Assembly: GCA_963745075.1 (NCBI GenBank)
Contig: CAVUWV010000017.1
Span: forward strand, 32,001 to 96,000
Direction of reading: 5' to 3'
Length of the DNA: 64,000 bases
Source: Candidatus Hydrogenedentota bacterium
GTDB lineage: Bacteria > Hydrogenedentota > Hydrogenedentia > Hydrogenedentales > SLHB01
Part shown: positions 1 through 9,506 of the stretch, in pieces
Layout: every line of letters starts with the position of its first letter
How positions within the stretch are numbered: position 1 is the first letter of the stretch
Position numbers and translations under genes: made by a program
The notes under the pieces: generated by a model
Seen by the model: the letters and a program-made list of their open reading frames with translations, nothing else
The model's database searches: none
What the model was told of the DNA's origin: nothing

Positions 1-1267
1 ATCCAACCAGCACGGGCCCGGCCAGCCGCAGGTTCCACGAGAAGCGGCGGCCCGAACGCGTGGCGTCCATGACAAGTTCGTTGCCGACGATGGACCCATT
101 TTCAATGGTGTAACTTGCGAATTCCGGGGTCGCCTCGGATTCGTCCAATACGCGAATCGTTCCCGTCACATCGTTGCCGTTGACCGAAACCCCCGACATG
201 ACCATGAGGTAATCGGACACGAGGTTTCCCGCGCCCTGCGCGTCGCCAAAGGCCGTGACCCACGTGCGCTCGAAACCGGAGGGTTGGGGATCGGCTGCGT
301 CATACCACGTCGCGTGTCCGAAACGAACCAGTTGGTTTGAATCGTTGAACTGACCGTACGCGGCGGCAATCACGCTTCCCGTGTGATAGCCGAACCAGTC
401 GACTTCTCCGTTGGCGGGGTTGAAATTGCCGAACCGCAGCTCCGTTTGCGTGCCGCTCAGAAACCCGTCGACAACGTCGAAATCGAACACCTGCACGACG
501 TCGTTCGGCCGTTGCTCGACGTAGGCGCCCAATCCGGACAAGGTGCCGTTCTGAGCCGAAGCCAACGTCGCGCTTGCCGTGCGATCCCGCGCCGTGTATG
601 CGCCGCCGGCGCCGAACGCATCGCTGAACGCTGCCGCCCACGATCGGTCGATGTTTGTCGCGCCCACCCGGTATAGGAGGAGGTGTCCGGACCGGTCGAG
701 GGTCAGGTTGGCGCCGCGCTCCGCGTAGAGCACCACCAGTTGGCTTCCTGCAAGCCGGAGCCAGAGCGTGGGATTGTTGTCGAATTTGTTTCCCCCAGTG
801 AGATTCAATACCAAATCGTCGCCGTTGGCGGTCCCGGTGATTTGCACGGTAAACGGTTGAGCGTCGAACGCGCTGGAGCCCTGGTTAAAGAAGCGAAATA
901 CCGTACCGGTGCCGGACACGGAGGCGTTGTTCTGGCTCAACGCCAAGCTGATTGCATGCTGACGCTGTCCGGCCCCTTGTGGGAGGTCGTCCCCGAAAAC
1001 GCCGATCCACGAGCCGGCAAACCGCTGGTCAGTGGCGCCGCCTCCCGTGCCTCCTCCCCCAATACCGCCGCCTCCCGTGCCGCCGCCCCCGGTACCGCCT
1101 CCGCCTGTACCCCCGCCCGAGTTGCCGCCGCCGGGGTACGTTGGCGTCGCGTCGGACGCGACGGTCGCTCCCCATTTCAGGCCTTCGCCATCAAGGCCGC
1201 ACCCCGACAAGAAGAATCCGAACAAACCCCCAAAAGCGAGTAGCAGAACGATTTTCCGGGGATGCAC
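1..1267 (-). CDS. Lipoprotein with Gly-rich linker and at least three ~125-aa beta-rich repeats (3' end runs off the window)
   Basis: Manual translation of the minus strand: GGAGG SD at 1273-1277, GTG start at 1267, MHPRKIVLLLAFGGLFGFFLSGC lipobox, (GGGGT)n linker, open frame to base 1. Absent from the ORF track because there is no stop in the window. Confidence 0.85.
   Translation of the reverse strand, partial: MHPRKIVLLLAFGGLFGFFLSGCGLDGEGLKWGATVASDATPTYPGGGNSGGGTGGGGTGGGGTGGGGIGGGGTGGGATDQRFAGSWIGVFGDDLPQGAGQRQHAISLALSQNNASVSGTGTVFRFFNQGSSAFDAQPFTVQITGTANGDDLVLNLTGGNKFDNNPTLWLRLAGSQLVVLYAERGANLTLDRSGHLLLYRVGATNIDRSWAAAFSDAFGAGGAYTARDRTASATLASAQNGTLSGLGAYVEQRPNDVVQVFDFDVVDGFLSGTQTELRFGNFNPANGEVDWFGYHTGSVIAAAYGQFNDSNQLVRFGHATWYDAADPQPSGFERTWVTAFGDAQGAGNLVSDYLMVMSGVSVNGNDVTGTIRVLDESEATPEFASYTIENGSIVGNELVMDATRSGRRFSWNLRLAGPVLVG
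1035..1135 (-). repeat. Imperfect 15-nt tandem repeat encoding a GGGGT linker
   Basis: GGGNSGGGTGGGGTGGGGTGGGGIGGGGTGGG; it appears as a poly-Pro shadow ORF on the + strand. Confidence 0.85.
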
Positions 1268-1514
1268 ACTCACCTCCTTCGATGGTTCCGTTTCCGCTCT
1301 CCGCCGCGGGGAGAACGAACGAACCATCGAGTTCCAATCACCTGTGTAAGTATATGGTCTGAGGTATAGCCCGTTACAACCATGCAACGCCCAGCCGCCG
1401 ACAACGGTTGACGGTCCCATGGTGTTTCCCGTCTGGTCTTGTTTGGCGTATAGTGTTTGGAGCGACAGTGTTGTGACGGAATGGCTTCGTCAACCCGTGG
1501 AAGGAGATGGCATC

Positions 1515-2363
1515 ATGATTCGTTTGCACCCACGTTTCCGGTACTCCTTGTTTTCGGCCTTGCTGTTAAGCTGCACATTCGGCTTCGTGTGCGCTCACGC
1601 CGAAGACCAAGCCGTCCCCGAAGGTCCGGTCGAGGAATGGACCGGCAAAACGGTGATGGTGTTTACTCCCCACCCCGACGACGACACCTTCATGTGCGGC
1701 GGGATTATGTCCGTTCTTGCCGCGAACGGGAACAAGGTGATCGTCGTCATCTATACGAATGACAATAAAGGTTCGCTGGATCTGGAGATGTCCCGCGAAC
1801 GATTGGCCCGCATCCGTCGCGCGGAAGAAGAAAAGGCTTGCGAAATCCTGGGCATCCCGAAGGAAAACATCATCTGGCTGGGTTATGAGGATGGCGACCT
1901 GGAATACGCCGATCCGCGCGTGCTACGCGGTCAGGCGAGCCGGCTCATGAAGAAGTACCGCCCGGACGCTGTGTTCTCAATAGACCCGGGAACCATCTAT
2001 GAACGGTGGCACAAGACCGATCACCGCATGGCGGCGTTTGTCACGAAAGATGCTTTTATCGCCAACGAATGGCATCTCTACTACCCGCAACATCTGCTCG
2101 ACGAGGGGCTGCAACCTTACCACGTGCCGCTGGCCTTTTATTACTACACGGAAGAACCCAACTATAAGGTCAACGTCACGGACATTGTTGAGAAGAAGCT
2201 CAAGGCCAGCGCCGCACACGTGAGCCAGTTCGAGCCGTCGCTCAGCAAGTACACGCCGGAGATGCCCAAGGAAACCTACGAGGGCATCCGCGAGTGGGGC
2301 CTGGGCATGATGAAAGACGGCGACCGCTACGTAGAACGCTTCCGCCGCGAAGAATGGCCGTGA
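1515..2363 (+). CDS. PIG-L/LmbE family deacetylase with signal peptide
   Basis: PHPDDD motif, RxxEExxA, HxxDH and AHxSQ motifs; AAGGAG before ATG 1515; N-terminal signal ending AHA. Confidence 0.88.
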   Translation: MIRLHPRFRYSLFSALLLSCTFGFVCAHAEDQAVPEGPVEEWTGKTVMVFTPHPDDDTFMCGGIMSVLAANGNKVIVVIYTNDNKGSLDLEMSRERLARIRRAEEEKACEILGIPKENIIWLGYEDGDLEYADPRVLRGQASRLMKKYRPDAVFSIDPGTIYERWHKTDHRMAAFVTKDAFIANEWHLYYPQHLLDEGLQPYHVPLAFYYYTEEPNYKVNVTDIVEKKLKASAAHVSQFEPSLSKYTPEMPKETYEGIREWGLGMMKDGDRYVERFRREEWP

Positions 2364-2370
2364 TCCTTTT

Positions 2371-2460
2371 CCACAAGAGAACACAAAGAACACCAGAACA
2401 GGGGCTCCGCAACGGTGCGCTATTTTCCCTTCTTGTGTTCTTTGCGTTCTTTGGCGGCTA
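2371..2460. repeat. Intergenic inverted repeat with 9-nt periodicity (CACAAAGAA / TTCTTTGYG)
   Basis: ccacaagagaacacaaagaacac ... ttcttgtgttctttgcgttctttggcgg between convergent genes. Confidence 0.6.
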
Positions 2461-2466
2461 ATTTTC

Positions 2467-3447
2467 TTAGATCGAGACCATTTCTCCGGTTTGCGCAGAT
2501 TTATACGCGGCGACGGTGACTTCCACGGCTTTGAGCCCGTCGTAGCCCGTGATGGCGGGATCGCGTTTCTCGTTGCAGGCGGCGGCGAAATCGCGCACCA
2601 GGCCGAGATCGGAATTGTCGCCCCAACACGCCCACTCGGCCTTCATGATGGTGTCGTTGTACACGTTGACCTTCTGGTTAAATGCGTCGACATTGAGCAC
2701 GCCGTTTTCCGCGATGATTTCCATCGTCACATCGCCCCAGATGGGGAAACTCTTTGCGCGATTCCAACTGGCGACATGGGAAACTTTAATGCCGCCTTCC
2801 ATTTCGAAATGGAGACTGCCGACGTCGTCCGTGCCGATCCCTTTGTGGATGAGGTTTCCGTTTTCGCAGTAGACCTTCGTGATTTCCTTCCCAAACATCC
2901 AGCGTAACAGGTCCACCACGTGGACCGTGTGGTCCATCGTCGCGCCGCCGCCGGACAGTTTCTCGTCCGCAAACCAGCCACCGGGATAACTGCCGTTATT
3001 GGTGCACGAGGCGGCGTAGATGGCGCCGAAGCGGCCGGTATCCAGATCTTTCTTGGCGGCCATCAACGGGGCCACGTAGCGGCAGGGAAACGCGGTGCCG
3101 AGACCCACCCCTGCCTTCTTGCAGGCGTCGATCATGGCCTGCGCGTCTTCGATGGTCGTGGCCAGTGGCTTCTCGCAGAGAACCCATTTCCCTGCTCTAG
3201 CCGCCGCCTCCACCATGGCCCGGTGTTTCACGTTTTCGGAGCACACAATGACGCCGTCCAGGTCGGACGCGAGGAAAGCGTCCATGTCCGCCATAAACGG
3301 AGCGCCGAACTGGTCCGAGGCGGCTTGGCCGCGCTCGGGCTCGTCATCCCAAATCGCGAACAGTTCCGTTTCCTTCAATTCGTTGACCGCTACCGCATAG
3401 CTGAACGCATGCATGTGTGCGAAACTCATGATCCCCAACTTCGCCAT
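2467..3447 (-). CDS. Gfo/Idh/MocA family oxidoreductase
   Basis: N-terminal Rossmann-like region, CEKPLA motif, GGGATMDHTVH; start reassigned to MAKLG downstream of GGAGG. Confidence 0.9.
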   Translation of the reverse strand: MAKLGIMSFAHMHAFSYAVAVNELKETELFAIWDDEPERGQAASDQFGAPFMADMDAFLASDLDGVIVCSENVKHRAMVEAAARAGKWVLCEKPLATTIEDAQAMIDACKKAGVGLGTAFPCRYVAPLMAAKKDLDTGRFGAIYAASCTNNGSYPGGWFADEKLSGGGATMDHTVHVVDLLRWMFGKEITKVYCENGNLIHKGIGTDDVGSLHFEMEGGIKVSHVASWNRAKSFPIWGDVTMEIIAENGVLNVDAFNQKVNVYNDTIMKAEWACWGDNSDLGLVRDFAAACNEKRDPAITGYDGLKAVEVTVAAYKSAQTGEMVSI

Positions 3448-3486
3448 ACTTCCCATTTCCTCCAAGGTTGGCGGTTGCTCCGCCAC

Positions 3487-3885
3487 CTAATCATCACTAT
3501 CAACGTTTCCGGACAACTCGCCGTCACTCACATTCGCGCTGCGAATCCGGCTAATCAGGCGAAAGAACACATGGGCCGCAGCCGCCAGGAAAGGACCCGG
3601 CACCGCGAACAGGATCAGCCAAAGCACCACGGAAAGCGGCTTCTTCACCGGCGATGCCGCGACCTCTTCAACGCCCTGGGCGCCTTGTACCGTTTCGGCG
3701 ATTTTTTCACCGAAACCAGACCACTGCAGCGCGGGATACAGACCGAGACACATCGTGCACAACGCGCCAATCAGCAGTGCCAATTTCAGGTTGTCCTTGG
3801 CTGCTAACCGCAACATCCACACAAACAGAAGGAGTGCGGCAATTCCCACGATGTACGGTAAAACGTTTGCCTCAACAAATTGCAT
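3487..3885 (-). CDS. Hypothetical membrane protein (about 3 TM helices)
   Basis: Hydrophobic segments; GGAG upstream; co-oriented between two Gfo/Idh/MocA genes. Confidence 0.65.
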   Translation of the reverse strand: MQFVEANVLPYIVGIAALLLFVWMLRLAAKDNLKLALLIGALCTMCLGLYPALQWSGFGEKIAETVQGAQGVEEVAASPVKKPLSVVLWLILFAVPGPFLAAAAHVFFRLISRIRSANVSDGELSGNVDSDD

Positions 3886-3978
3886 AGATAGGGTCTCCGC
3901 GATTGTCTGCCGCGTTGGAGGACCGTTTCCACGGTGACGATCCCTGAAAACACCGCTGGGTAAGACCGGTGTGCTCCG

Positions 3979-4959
3979 TCAGTTGAACGCCACCGGCTGT
4001 CCGGTTTCCGCCGATTCGAGCGCGGCCAATGCCATGCGAACCGCCCAGACTGCATCGTCCGGCGTTACCCGCGGGTCGCTCGTGCCTTCGAGCCACCCTT
4101 TGAAGTCCTGCCATTCGAGTTGATAGGGGCTCACACCAACGGGGCTTGCCGGCACAATCATCCCCGGCTGGCCGTCGGCACTCTCGCGCATCATCACCGA
4201 AAGGGGCGCTTCATTACTGTCGAATTGCAGCATTCCGTTGTCGCCGCAGACTTCCACCTTGACCCGAAATCCGGCGGGATGGGCCCACGTTCCGGTTGTC
4301 GTGACGATGATGCCGCTTTTCATACGAAACGTCACCATGGCATAGTCGATGGCCTCGTCGAAGTGTTCCTTCAAATTCTGACTGAACACACGCTCGGGAT
4401 CGCCGAAGGCATACCGGATCCAGTCGAAGTCGTGAATGATCGTGTCAAAGGTCACGCCGCCGCTCATTTCCCAGTTGCGGAACCAATGGCCCGCGCCGAC
4501 CGGGCAGATGCCACCGCGATACGTCCGCACGAATCCCACCTTGCCGACCTTTCCGGCGTCAATTTGGGCCTTCACGGCCTCAAACTCCTGAAAGTAACGG
4601 ACGACGTGACCGACGAAAAGTTTGACGCCGGCCGTTTTCACCGCCGCCAGAGCCGTCTCACATTGCTCCAGGTTTCGCCCGAACGGTTTTTCGCAGAAGA
4701 TGTCCTTCCCGGCCTCGGCTGCCGCCACCACGTATTCCAGATGATAAGGCGTGGGCGTCAACACGGCTATGATGTCAATGTCCTTGCGTTTGCACAAAGA
4801 CATGCAGTCGTCGGTCGCGTCGGCGCCGAACTTCTTGGCCAGATCCTCAGCCTTTGCCATGACCGCGTCGCCACATGCAACGATTTTGAAACCTGCATTG
4901 GACGCAAATTGGGCATGATGCGCGCCCATTCCGCTGCATCCGATAAGTGCTACGTTCAT
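3979..4959 (-). CDS. Gfo/Idh/MocA family oxidoreductase
   Basis: IGCSGMG Rossmann motif, CEKP, SGGVTFDTIIHDFD. Confidence 0.92.
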   Translation of the reverse strand: MNVALIGCSGMGAHHAQFASNAGFKIVACGDAVMAKAEDLAKKFGADATDDCMSLCKRKDIDIIAVLTPTPYHLEYVVAAAEAGKDIFCEKPFGRNLEQCETALAAVKTAGVKLFVGHVVRYFQEFEAVKAQIDAGKVGKVGFVRTYRGGICPVGAGHWFRNWEMSGGVTFDTIIHDFDWIRYAFGDPERVFSQNLKEHFDEAIDYAMVTFRMKSGIIVTTTGTWAHPAGFRVKVEVCGDNGMLQFDSNEAPLSVMMRESADGQPGMIVPASPVGVSPYQLEWQDFKGWLEGTSDPRVTPDDAVWAVRMALAALESAETGQPVAFN

Positions 4960-5012
4960 TCTGCTCCTCCCGAAAGTGCAGAGCCGATTTCAGCGGTTCT
5001 GCCACGCGCCAA

Positions 5013-5058
5013 TGCCGTCTTCCCCGCGAGCGCGGGAATCTATCCAGACCTGACGGCA
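5013..5058. repeat. REP-like palindrome (GTCTTCCCCGCGAGCGCGGGAATC) enclosed by TGCCGTC/GACGGCA
   Basis: Single intergenic hairpin resembling the GTCATTCCCGCG..GCGGGAATCCA type of palindromic elements. Confidence 0.5.
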
Positions 5059-5065
5059 GACCCTC

Positions 5066-5881
5066 CTACAATGCCAGAATCGAGCGTTCGCTTGCCAATA
5101 CGTGGCGCAACATCGCCTCCAGCGAGTGCTGGTATGGCCAATACTCGGCGGTCAGCGCCCGGTCGTAATCAACCGCCCGCAGCGCTGCGATCACCTCCGG
5201 CCAGTTCACGTCGCCCTCCATGAGCATCACGAACCCGTCGAGGGTGCCGACGGCCCGGCGGAAGTCTTTCAGATGGACCGCGCGGATGCGGTTGCCGAGG
5301 ATTCGGATCCACTGCTCTGGAAGGCCATACAACATGATGTTGCCCGTGTCGAAATAGGCGCCCACGTATTCGCTCTCGCACTGGTCGATGAAATCGCGCA
5401 TCTCGACCGGACTCAGTAGAAATTTGTTCCAGACATTTTCAATGGCGATGGACACCTTGAGCTTTTCGGCAGTATCCGCCAGTTCGCGAACGCTCCGAAG
5501 CGCGTTCTCTAAGGCCACGTCGTAGGGCGTCGCGTCATCGCAGACTCCCGGCACGACCAGCACCGCGTCCGCGCCCAGCCATGCGGCCACCTGAAGCGTT
5601 TGCGCAATAGCCTCCTCGGCCTTTTCCCGGTTGGCCGCGTCCTGCGACGTGAGATGATATTCCCATCCCATGCCGTTGGCTACGCTGCACAGCGCGATTC
5701 CCAGCGATTCCGCGTGACGCCGGATAGCCGTCGCCTCTTTCTCGGAAATATCCAACGGCGTCGGGCCGTCGTTCCCTACGCAGACCTCGAATGCCGAGAA
5801 TCCGATGCGCTGTGCCAGGGACATGGTTTCCGTCGTTGGCATGTCGCCGGGGAACCCCCATTGATTGATTCCTGGTAGCAT
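5066..5881 (-). CDS. Sugar phosphate isomerase/epimerase (xylose isomerase-like TIM barrel)
   Basis: IENVWNKFLLSP, YFDTGN, VHLKDF, GDVNW motifs. Confidence 0.9.
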   Translation of the reverse strand: MLPGINQWGFPGDMPTTETMSLAQRIGFSAFEVCVGNDGPTPLDISEKEATAIRRHAESLGIALCSVANGMGWEYHLTSQDAANREKAEEAIAQTLQVAAWLGADAVLVVPGVCDDATPYDVALENALRSVRELADTAEKLKVSIAIENVWNKFLLSPVEMRDFIDQCESEYVGAYFDTGNIMLYGLPEQWIRILGNRIRAVHLKDFRRAVGTLDGFVMLMEGDVNWPEVIAALRAVDYDRALTAEYWPYQHSLEAMLRHVLASERSILAL

Positions 5882-6025
5882 GTTTCGTCCCCCTTGTGTG
5901 CGGTGACAAGCGATCTATTCGGATTATAGTGCTTTTCCGGGCCGCCGCCAAGCCGCGCCTTGCCCCAGTGGCGCCGGTCGTTTAGGATGATGGTAGCTGT
6001 ATTTGAAACACGAGGAGTGCATCCC

Positions 6026-7438
6026 ATGAAGAAACTGACCGTCCTTCTCGCCCTGTGTTCGCTGGCCGTGTGCGCGTGGGCGGCGCCGGCCGCCATCTCC
6101 GACGATTGCATGCTCGTGGTAGACGGCAAGCGCATGTTTGTACTGGGACTCTACGAGAACCCCAACGACGCGAACCTCGATGAGGTTGCCGATGCCGGGT
6201 TCAATCTAGTCCGAACCAGTGCGGATTCGGCCGCAATCGACCGGTTGTGGGCGAAAGGAATCTATTCGTGGATCAATACCGGTCCGTCTATCGATCTCGG
6301 AAGCGATACCGATTCACGGAAATCTGACCTGAGCAGTATGGTCGTGGGTTTCTCGTCAAACCCGGGCTTCCTCGTCTGGGAAGTGCCGGACGAAGCGTTG
6401 TGGAACGCGTGGTACCGCGCGACCCAGTGGCGCCGGGGCGAAGAGCCGCGGCAACAGAACGCGCTGATCGCGGATCTGAAAGATTCGGATCTTAAGTCCG
6501 CGTTGCGCGAGATGCGGGAAGACGCGGATGCCGCATACAACCGGGGCGAACCGGAGGTCGGCGAGCAATTGGCCGACGAAATCTGGCGCAAACTCGACAA
6601 AACGCCTCCGCATCCGGAACTCAATTTGTCCAACGCTCCGCAACGTGCGGACCGGCTCGCGGAAGGGATGCTTCAGGGATACAACTACCTGCAATCGGTC
6701 GATCCCAAGCATCCGATCTGGATGAACCACGCGCCGCGCAACAGCATTGCCCAACTCGCGCAATTCGACCGGGCCGCGGACATCGTGGGCTGCGATATAT
6801 ACCCCGTGCCTCGGGGCACAGGAAACGGCCATTCCGACCTCGCCGACAAGTCCCTTTCCTGCGTTGGCGCGTACACCCGGCGCATGCAGGAGGCGGCCCC
6901 CGGTAAGCCGGTATGGATGGTCTTGCAGGGATTCGGCTGGTCCGACTTGGACAAGAACAAGGACCCGAACAAGCCCGATGAACGCCGCCGCCCCAACCCC
7001 GACGAGTCCCGTTTCATGGCCTACGACGCCATTGTAAACGGTGCGCGCGGCATCTTGTACTGGGGCACGGCCTACGTGGAGAAAGACGCCCCGTTCTGGA
7101 CGGAACTGCTCTCGCTGGTTACCGAACTCAGCGCGCAACAACCCGTCCTGTCCGCGCCGGATGCCGCTCTCGACATCAACGTCGCGCTGGCGCAAACTTG
7201 GGGTTCGGTCGATCGCGGGGTGCGGGTCCTGCCGAAGCAGGTGGGGGACAAGCTCTATTTTCTCGTGGTCAACGAGTGGGGGGAGCCGTTGGTGTACACG
7301 CTGCACGGTCTCGAATCGGTGGAAGGTACCCGATACCGCGATCCCGTCACCGAAGCGAATACCATTGTCGAACACGGCGCGTTGACCTTGCCGATTCGCG
7401 GGCATGGGGTCCACGTACTGGAGCCCGTCGAACCCTGA
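6026..7438 (+). CDS. Secreted glycoside hydrolase-like TIM-barrel protein
   Basis: Signal peptide MKKLTVLLALCSLAVCAWA; DAGFNLV, WEVPDE, DIVGCDIYP, PVWMVLQ and GARGILYW motifs typical of clan GH-A-like proteins. Confidence 0.7.
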   Translation: MKKLTVLLALCSLAVCAWAAPAAISDDCMLVVDGKRMFVLGLYENPNDANLDEVADAGFNLVRTSADSAAIDRLWAKGIYSWINTGPSIDLGSDTDSRKSDLSSMVVGFSSNPGFLVWEVPDEALWNAWYRATQWRRGEEPRQQNALIADLKDSDLKSALREMREDADAAYNRGEPEVGEQLADEIWRKLDKTPPHPELNLSNAPQRADRLAEGMLQGYNYLQSVDPKHPIWMNHAPRNSIAQLAQFDRAADIVGCDIYPVPRGTGNGHSDLADKSLSCVGAYTRRMQEAAPGKPVWMVLQGFGWSDLDKNKDPNKPDERRRPNPDESRFMAYDAIVNGARGILYWGTAYVEKDAPFWTELLSLVTELSAQQPVLSAPDAALDINVALAQTWGSVDRGVRVLPKQVGDKLYFLVVNEWGEPLVYTLHGLESVEGTRYRDPVTEANTIVEHGALTLPIRGHGVHVLEPVEP

Positions 7439-7506
7439 TGGTTCATCCGCCCGCGTATCGTCTATACTCCCGCAACTGCATGGACTGACAACGGAAAGGT
7501 GCATTC

Positions 7507-9309
7507 ATGGCGAAGACGAAGAACGTGCCCTTGCGCAAGGACGTGAAGGTTTCCGATACCTGGGACCTGCGGCCGCTGTTCAAGAACGACAAGGCGTGGC
7601 AGGCCGCGCTTAAGGATTTTGAAAAACAGATCTCCAAGTTTGAAGAATTCCGGGGACGGCTCGGATCGTCGGCGAAAGTGCTGCTCGACTGCTACAAGTT
7701 CGACGTGGAATTCAACCAGCTCGCCGAACGGATCGGTTCCTACGCGTTTCTCAAAGCCAGCGAGGACGTTGGAAACAGCACCTACCAGGGGATGATCCAG
7801 CAATACACCTTCGTGGCGACGCGCGCCGGCGAGGCCGCGAGTTTCATCGCGCCGGAGATCCAGGCGATCCCGAAGAAGACGATCGACAAGTATCTCAAGG
7901 ATCCCAAGCTGAAGGGTTTCCGCTACGCCCTGGAAAAGCTGCTACGGTACCGTCCGTACATTCTCTCAGAAAAGGAAGAGCGGCTGCTGGCCATGCAGGG
8001 CGAGGTCGCCGGTACGGCCGGGCGCGTTTTCGGGCAACTCAACGACGCGGATCTCAAGTTCGGCACCGTCAAAGACGAGCGTGGGCGTAACATCGAACTG
8101 ACCCAGAGTTCGTTTCGCAGTCTGCTGGAGTCACCCAAGCGCGAGGTGCGCAAGGCGGCCTTCCACCAGTTCTACGAGCAATACGAAGGCCACGCCCACA
8201 CCGTCGCGGCGACACTCGGATCGTCGGTGCAGCAGGATGTCTACCAGTCCCGCGTGCGTAATTATCCTTCCGCGCTCGAAGGCTCGCTCTTTCATGACAA
8301 CGTGCCCAACGCGGTTTACGACAGTCTCATCAAGGCCGTTCATAAGAACATCAAGACGGTGTACCGCTATCACGAAGTGCGGCGTAAAGCACTCAAGGTC
8401 AAGCAACTTCACGCCTACGACACGTACGTGCCGATCGTCGAAATGAAGCGCACGACGATTCCTTACGAGAAGGCCGTGAAGACGATCTGCGCGGCGCTGG
8501 AACCCCTGGGCGCAGACTACTGCCGCACGCTGGAGAAAGGGATGAATGGCCGCTGGGTGGACCGCTACGAAAACCAGGGTAAGCGGAGCGGCGCGTTTTC
8601 GGCGGGGGGATTCACGGGGCCGCCCTACATCCTCATGAATTACCGCGAGGACGTCATCGACAGCATGTTTACGCTCGCGCATGAAGCGGGCCACTCGATG
8701 CACACGTATTACAGCGCCCGCAACCAGCCCTTCCAGTACTACGACTACACGATCTTCGTGGCCGAGGTGGCGTCGACGTTCAACGAGCAGTTGTTGAACA
8801 AGCATCTGCTGGCCCAGGCCAAAGACAAAAAGATGCGGGCCTTTCTCATCAACAAGGAAATTGACGAGATTCGCGGGACGCTTGTCCGTCAGACCATGTT
8901 CGCGGAGTTCGAGAAAGTCATCCACGCAATCGCCGAGGCGGGCGAACCGCTCACGCTGGAACGGCTCCGTGCGGAGTATTTGAAACTGTTGAAGCTCTAC
9001 TTCGGCCCGGACTTCGTGATTGACGAGGAGTTGTCCCTGGAAGGCATGCGCATTCCCCATTTCTACCACGCCTTTTACGTGTACAAGTACGCGACGGGCA
9101 TCTCCGCCGCCATCGCGTTGTCGCAAAAGGTCCTCAACGGCGGCAAGCAGGATCGGGACCGGTATCTGAATTTCCTCAAAAGCGGCGGCTCAAAGTTCCC
9201 CTTGGAGCTGCTGCGCGACGCGGGCGTGGATATGGAACGTCCCGAACCCGTCGCCACAGCGATGAAACGGTTCGCCACGTTGGTCGACGAATTGCAGGAA
9301 CTGGTGTAG
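7507..9309 (+). CDS. pepF: Oligoendopeptidase F (peptidase M3B)
   Basis: WDL N-terminus, GKRSGAFS, TLAHEAGHSMH zinc motif, AEVASTFNE, PHFY..FYVYKYATG. Confidence 0.95.
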   Translation: MAKTKNVPLRKDVKVSDTWDLRPLFKNDKAWQAALKDFEKQISKFEEFRGRLGSSAKVLLDCYKFDVEFNQLAERIGSYAFLKASEDVGNSTYQGMIQQYTFVATRAGEAASFIAPEIQAIPKKTIDKYLKDPKLKGFRYALEKLLRYRPYILSEKEERLLAMQGEVAGTAGRVFGQLNDADLKFGTVKDERGRNIELTQSSFRSLLESPKREVRKAAFHQFYEQYEGHAHTVAATLGSSVQQDVYQSRVRNYPSALEGSLFHDNVPNAVYDSLIKAVHKNIKTVYRYHEVRRKALKVKQLHAYDTYVPIVEMKRTTIPYEKAVKTICAALEPLGADYCRTLEKGMNGRWVDRYENQGKRSGAFSAGGFTGPPYILMNYREDVIDSMFTLAHEAGHSMHTYYSARNQPFQYYDYTIFVAEVASTFNEQLLNKHLLAQAKDKKMRAFLINKEIDEIRGTLVRQTMFAEFEKVIHAIAEAGEPLTLERLRAEYLKLLKLYFGPDFVIDEELSLEGMRIPHFYHAFYVYKYATGISAAIALSQKVLNGGKQDRDRYLNFLKSGGSKFPLELLRDAGVDMERPEPVATAMKRFATLVDELQELV

Positions 9310-9319
9310 GAGGAAGTCA

Positions 9320-9377
9320 CTGGGGAGAACCTTTTCTGAGGAAAAGGTTCTCCCCAGACCCCTCTCCAAAAGACTTT
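9320..9377. repeat. Perfect 17-bp hairpin with a 3' tail (REP-like element or terminator)
   Basis: CTGGGGAGAACCTTTTC-TGAG-GAAAAGGTTCTCCCCAG followed by ACCCCTCTCCAAAAGACTTT. Confidence 0.7.
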
Positions 9378-9429
9378 GGTGGTTTGCTTCGCAAACGTTC
9401 GGCGGCCTTCGGTGGCTGTCCGTAAGCTT

Positions 9430-9469
9430 TATCGGACGGATCCGACCGATCGGTCTGATCCGTCCGATA
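9430..9469. repeat. Palindrome with 9-nt periodicity (TCGGAC/GTCCGA family)
   Basis: tatcggacggatccgaccgatcggtctgatccgtccgata is a near-perfect palindrome. Confidence 0.7.
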
Positions 9470-9506
9470 GATCTCGCGTTGCGCGCCACAAATCGGGAAC
9501 CTACGC

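Noticed and set aside
1032..1349. Poly-proline ORF on the + strand
   Set aside because: Antisense shadow of the Gly-rich linker of the minus-strand lipoprotein, which has an SD and a lipobox.
5017..5040. Resemblance to a type I-E CRISPR repeat
   Set aside because: Single copy, no spacers, no cas genes.
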